A stretch of DNA of 55,662 nt from Limisphaerales bacterium (GTDB lineage Bacteria; Verrucomicrobiota; Verrucomicrobiia; Limisphaerales; JAYPEY01): assembly GCA_047618185.1 (NCBI GenBank), contig JBLHKZ010000002.1, positions 1 to 55,662 on the forward strand, given 5' to 3'. Made by a program: the position numbers and the translations under genes. Below are positions 54,733 through 55,662 of the stretch, piece by piece. The notes beneath the pieces were generated by a model, which saw only the letters and a program-made list of their open reading frames with translations, did not search any database and was not told the origin of the DNA. The first letter of the stretch is position 1; each line of letters opens with the position of its first letter.

Positions 54733-54907
54733 ACATCAAACCTCAATGCCCCAAAGGGGTTGCGACCGTTCTTCACGCCGCTACGAGAAGACCATGCCGG
54801 CTCTGGCGCAACCCCATTGGGGTAGAGGGTACTGCCACCACCATCCCCAAGGTAGGCGCGGTCGCGCCAACCTTGGGCTGGAGGACGGAATCCCTTTGGG
54901 ATTCAAC
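54733..54907. repeat. copy of repeat family R3
   Basis: ...ATGCCCCAAAGGGGTTGCG...GCGCAACCCCATTGGGGTAG...CCCCAAGGTAGGCGCGGTCGCGCCAACCTTGGGCTGGAGGACGGAATCCCTTTGGGATTC runs module by module parallel to 14340-14487. Confidence 0.6.
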
Positions 54908-55080
54908 TCAAGACGTTGCCCCTGGGCTGAAATAGGGCTGGTCCGTTGGGCCGGAAATTGATCGCCGGTTTGCGCGCGAAATTTGTCGATGGACGTCCTT
55001 AACTAAGTGCCATTCAGGTTCGACCCCTTTTCGGGGATGCGGGGGGGCTAACCGCTGATGGAGGCCAATGTTGGAGATGG

Positions 55081-55662
55081 TTAGGGAGTGGGGATGACGG
55101 TGGCGTTGGGGAAGGGGCGGACGGGGGTTTTGGTGTTGGTGAAGGTGTTGTTGTGGAGGATGGCGGTGCCTTTGACGAGGACGGAGGCGATGCCGCCGCC
55201 GGAGAGGTGGTTGCCAACGAGGACGGCGGTGGAGTTTTCGAGGACAGCGATGATGGGGGGGGCGCCGCCGGAGGGGCGTGAGAAGGTGTTGCCGACGACT
55301 ACGGCGCGGGAGCCGTTCGGGAGGCCGAGGGCGACGAGCTTTTTGGCGATGGCGGTGTTGTTGACGATAATGGGGGTGGCACCGGAGCGGGCGCCGATGG
55401 CGGCGAGTTCGTTGTGCTCGCAGTGGTTGTGGCGGATGATCGGGGCGGCGTGGTCTTCGGTGCCGATGCCAGCCATGACGTTGTGGTGGCAGCGGTTGTG
55501 CTCGATGACAGGCCGGGTGGTTTCGCCGGTGCGGGTGCCGATGCCGGCGCGGCGATTTTCGTAGCAGTCGTTGTGCCGAACGACGGGGGCGCTGCCTTCG
55601 CTGATGCCGATGCCGGCGCGGATGTTGTGGTGGCACGTGTTGTGGGAGACGAGGGGGGAGGC
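55081..55662 (-). CDS. right-handed parallel beta-helix repeat protein, C-terminal part (continues off the right edge)
   Basis: The frame is open to nt 55662. Repeats HNTCHHNIRAGIGIS / RHNDCYENRRAGIGTR / EHNRCHHNVMAGIGTE / RHNHCEHNELAAIGAR are typical PbH1/NosD-like coils. Confidence 0.8.
   Translation of the reverse strand, partial: ASPLVSHNTCHHNIRAGIGISEGSAPVVRHNDCYENRRAGIGTRTGETTRPVIEHNRCHHNVMAGIGTEDHAAPIIRHNHCEHNELAAIGARSGATPIIVNNTAIAKKLVALGLPNGSRAVVVGNTFSRPSGGAPPIIAVLENSTAVLVGNHLSGGGIASVLVKGTAILHNNTFTNTKTPVRPFPNATVIPTP

Noticed and set aside
54908-55636. 242-aa Pro/Arg/His-rich ORF (PPQHPRRHRHQRRQRPRR...).
   Set aside because: It is an alternative frame of the beta-helix repeat gene (55081-55662). 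Its periodicity comes from the HN-x-C...AGIG coils, so it is not an independent gene.

Overview
GC-rich 55.7-kb chromosomal segment. The gene content points to a PVC-superphylum bacterium (Verrucomicrobiota or Planctomycetota): four Tat-signal DUF1501 genes, three DUF1549/DUF1553 genes, two DUF1080 genes, a formylglycine-type sulfatase and BNR/sialidase-like genes. I support about 40 CDS. Other readable genes are an FKBP isomerase, a CocE/NonD hydrolase, a motor-only FtsK paralog, a fumarylacetoacetate hydrolase (FAH) family protein, an FAD oxidoreductase, a Sel1-repeat protein and a PLD-family protein. There is also an acyltransferase-3 with an ankyrin insert next to an ankyrin lipoprotein, a TonB-dependent receptor, vapBC, a caspase-fold protein lacking the catalytic Cys, a PqqB-like MBL hydrolase, a C25-like peptidase, a sodium:solute symporter and a partial beta-helix protein. 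No rRNA, CRISPR array or intact mobile element was seen. Items worth a second look: (1) a 93-nt tRNA-shaped gene carrying one stem-loop too many; (2) three DUF1553-DUF1501 two-gene modules plus an orphan DUF1501, one DUF1553 carrying a long coiled-coil insert; (3) at least six families of palindromic REP/MITE-like repeats filling most long spacers, together with a decayed Y1 (RayT-like) transposase relic; (4) an 8.6-kb accessory block bracketed by inverted ~105-bp repeats that holds vapBC abutting a TonB receptor and the pseudo-caspase; (5) several gene relics. The ORF track prints M for TTG/GTG starts, so several starts below were moved to downstream ATGs that begin clean signal peptides. All domain calls come from motif reading by eye, not from searches.
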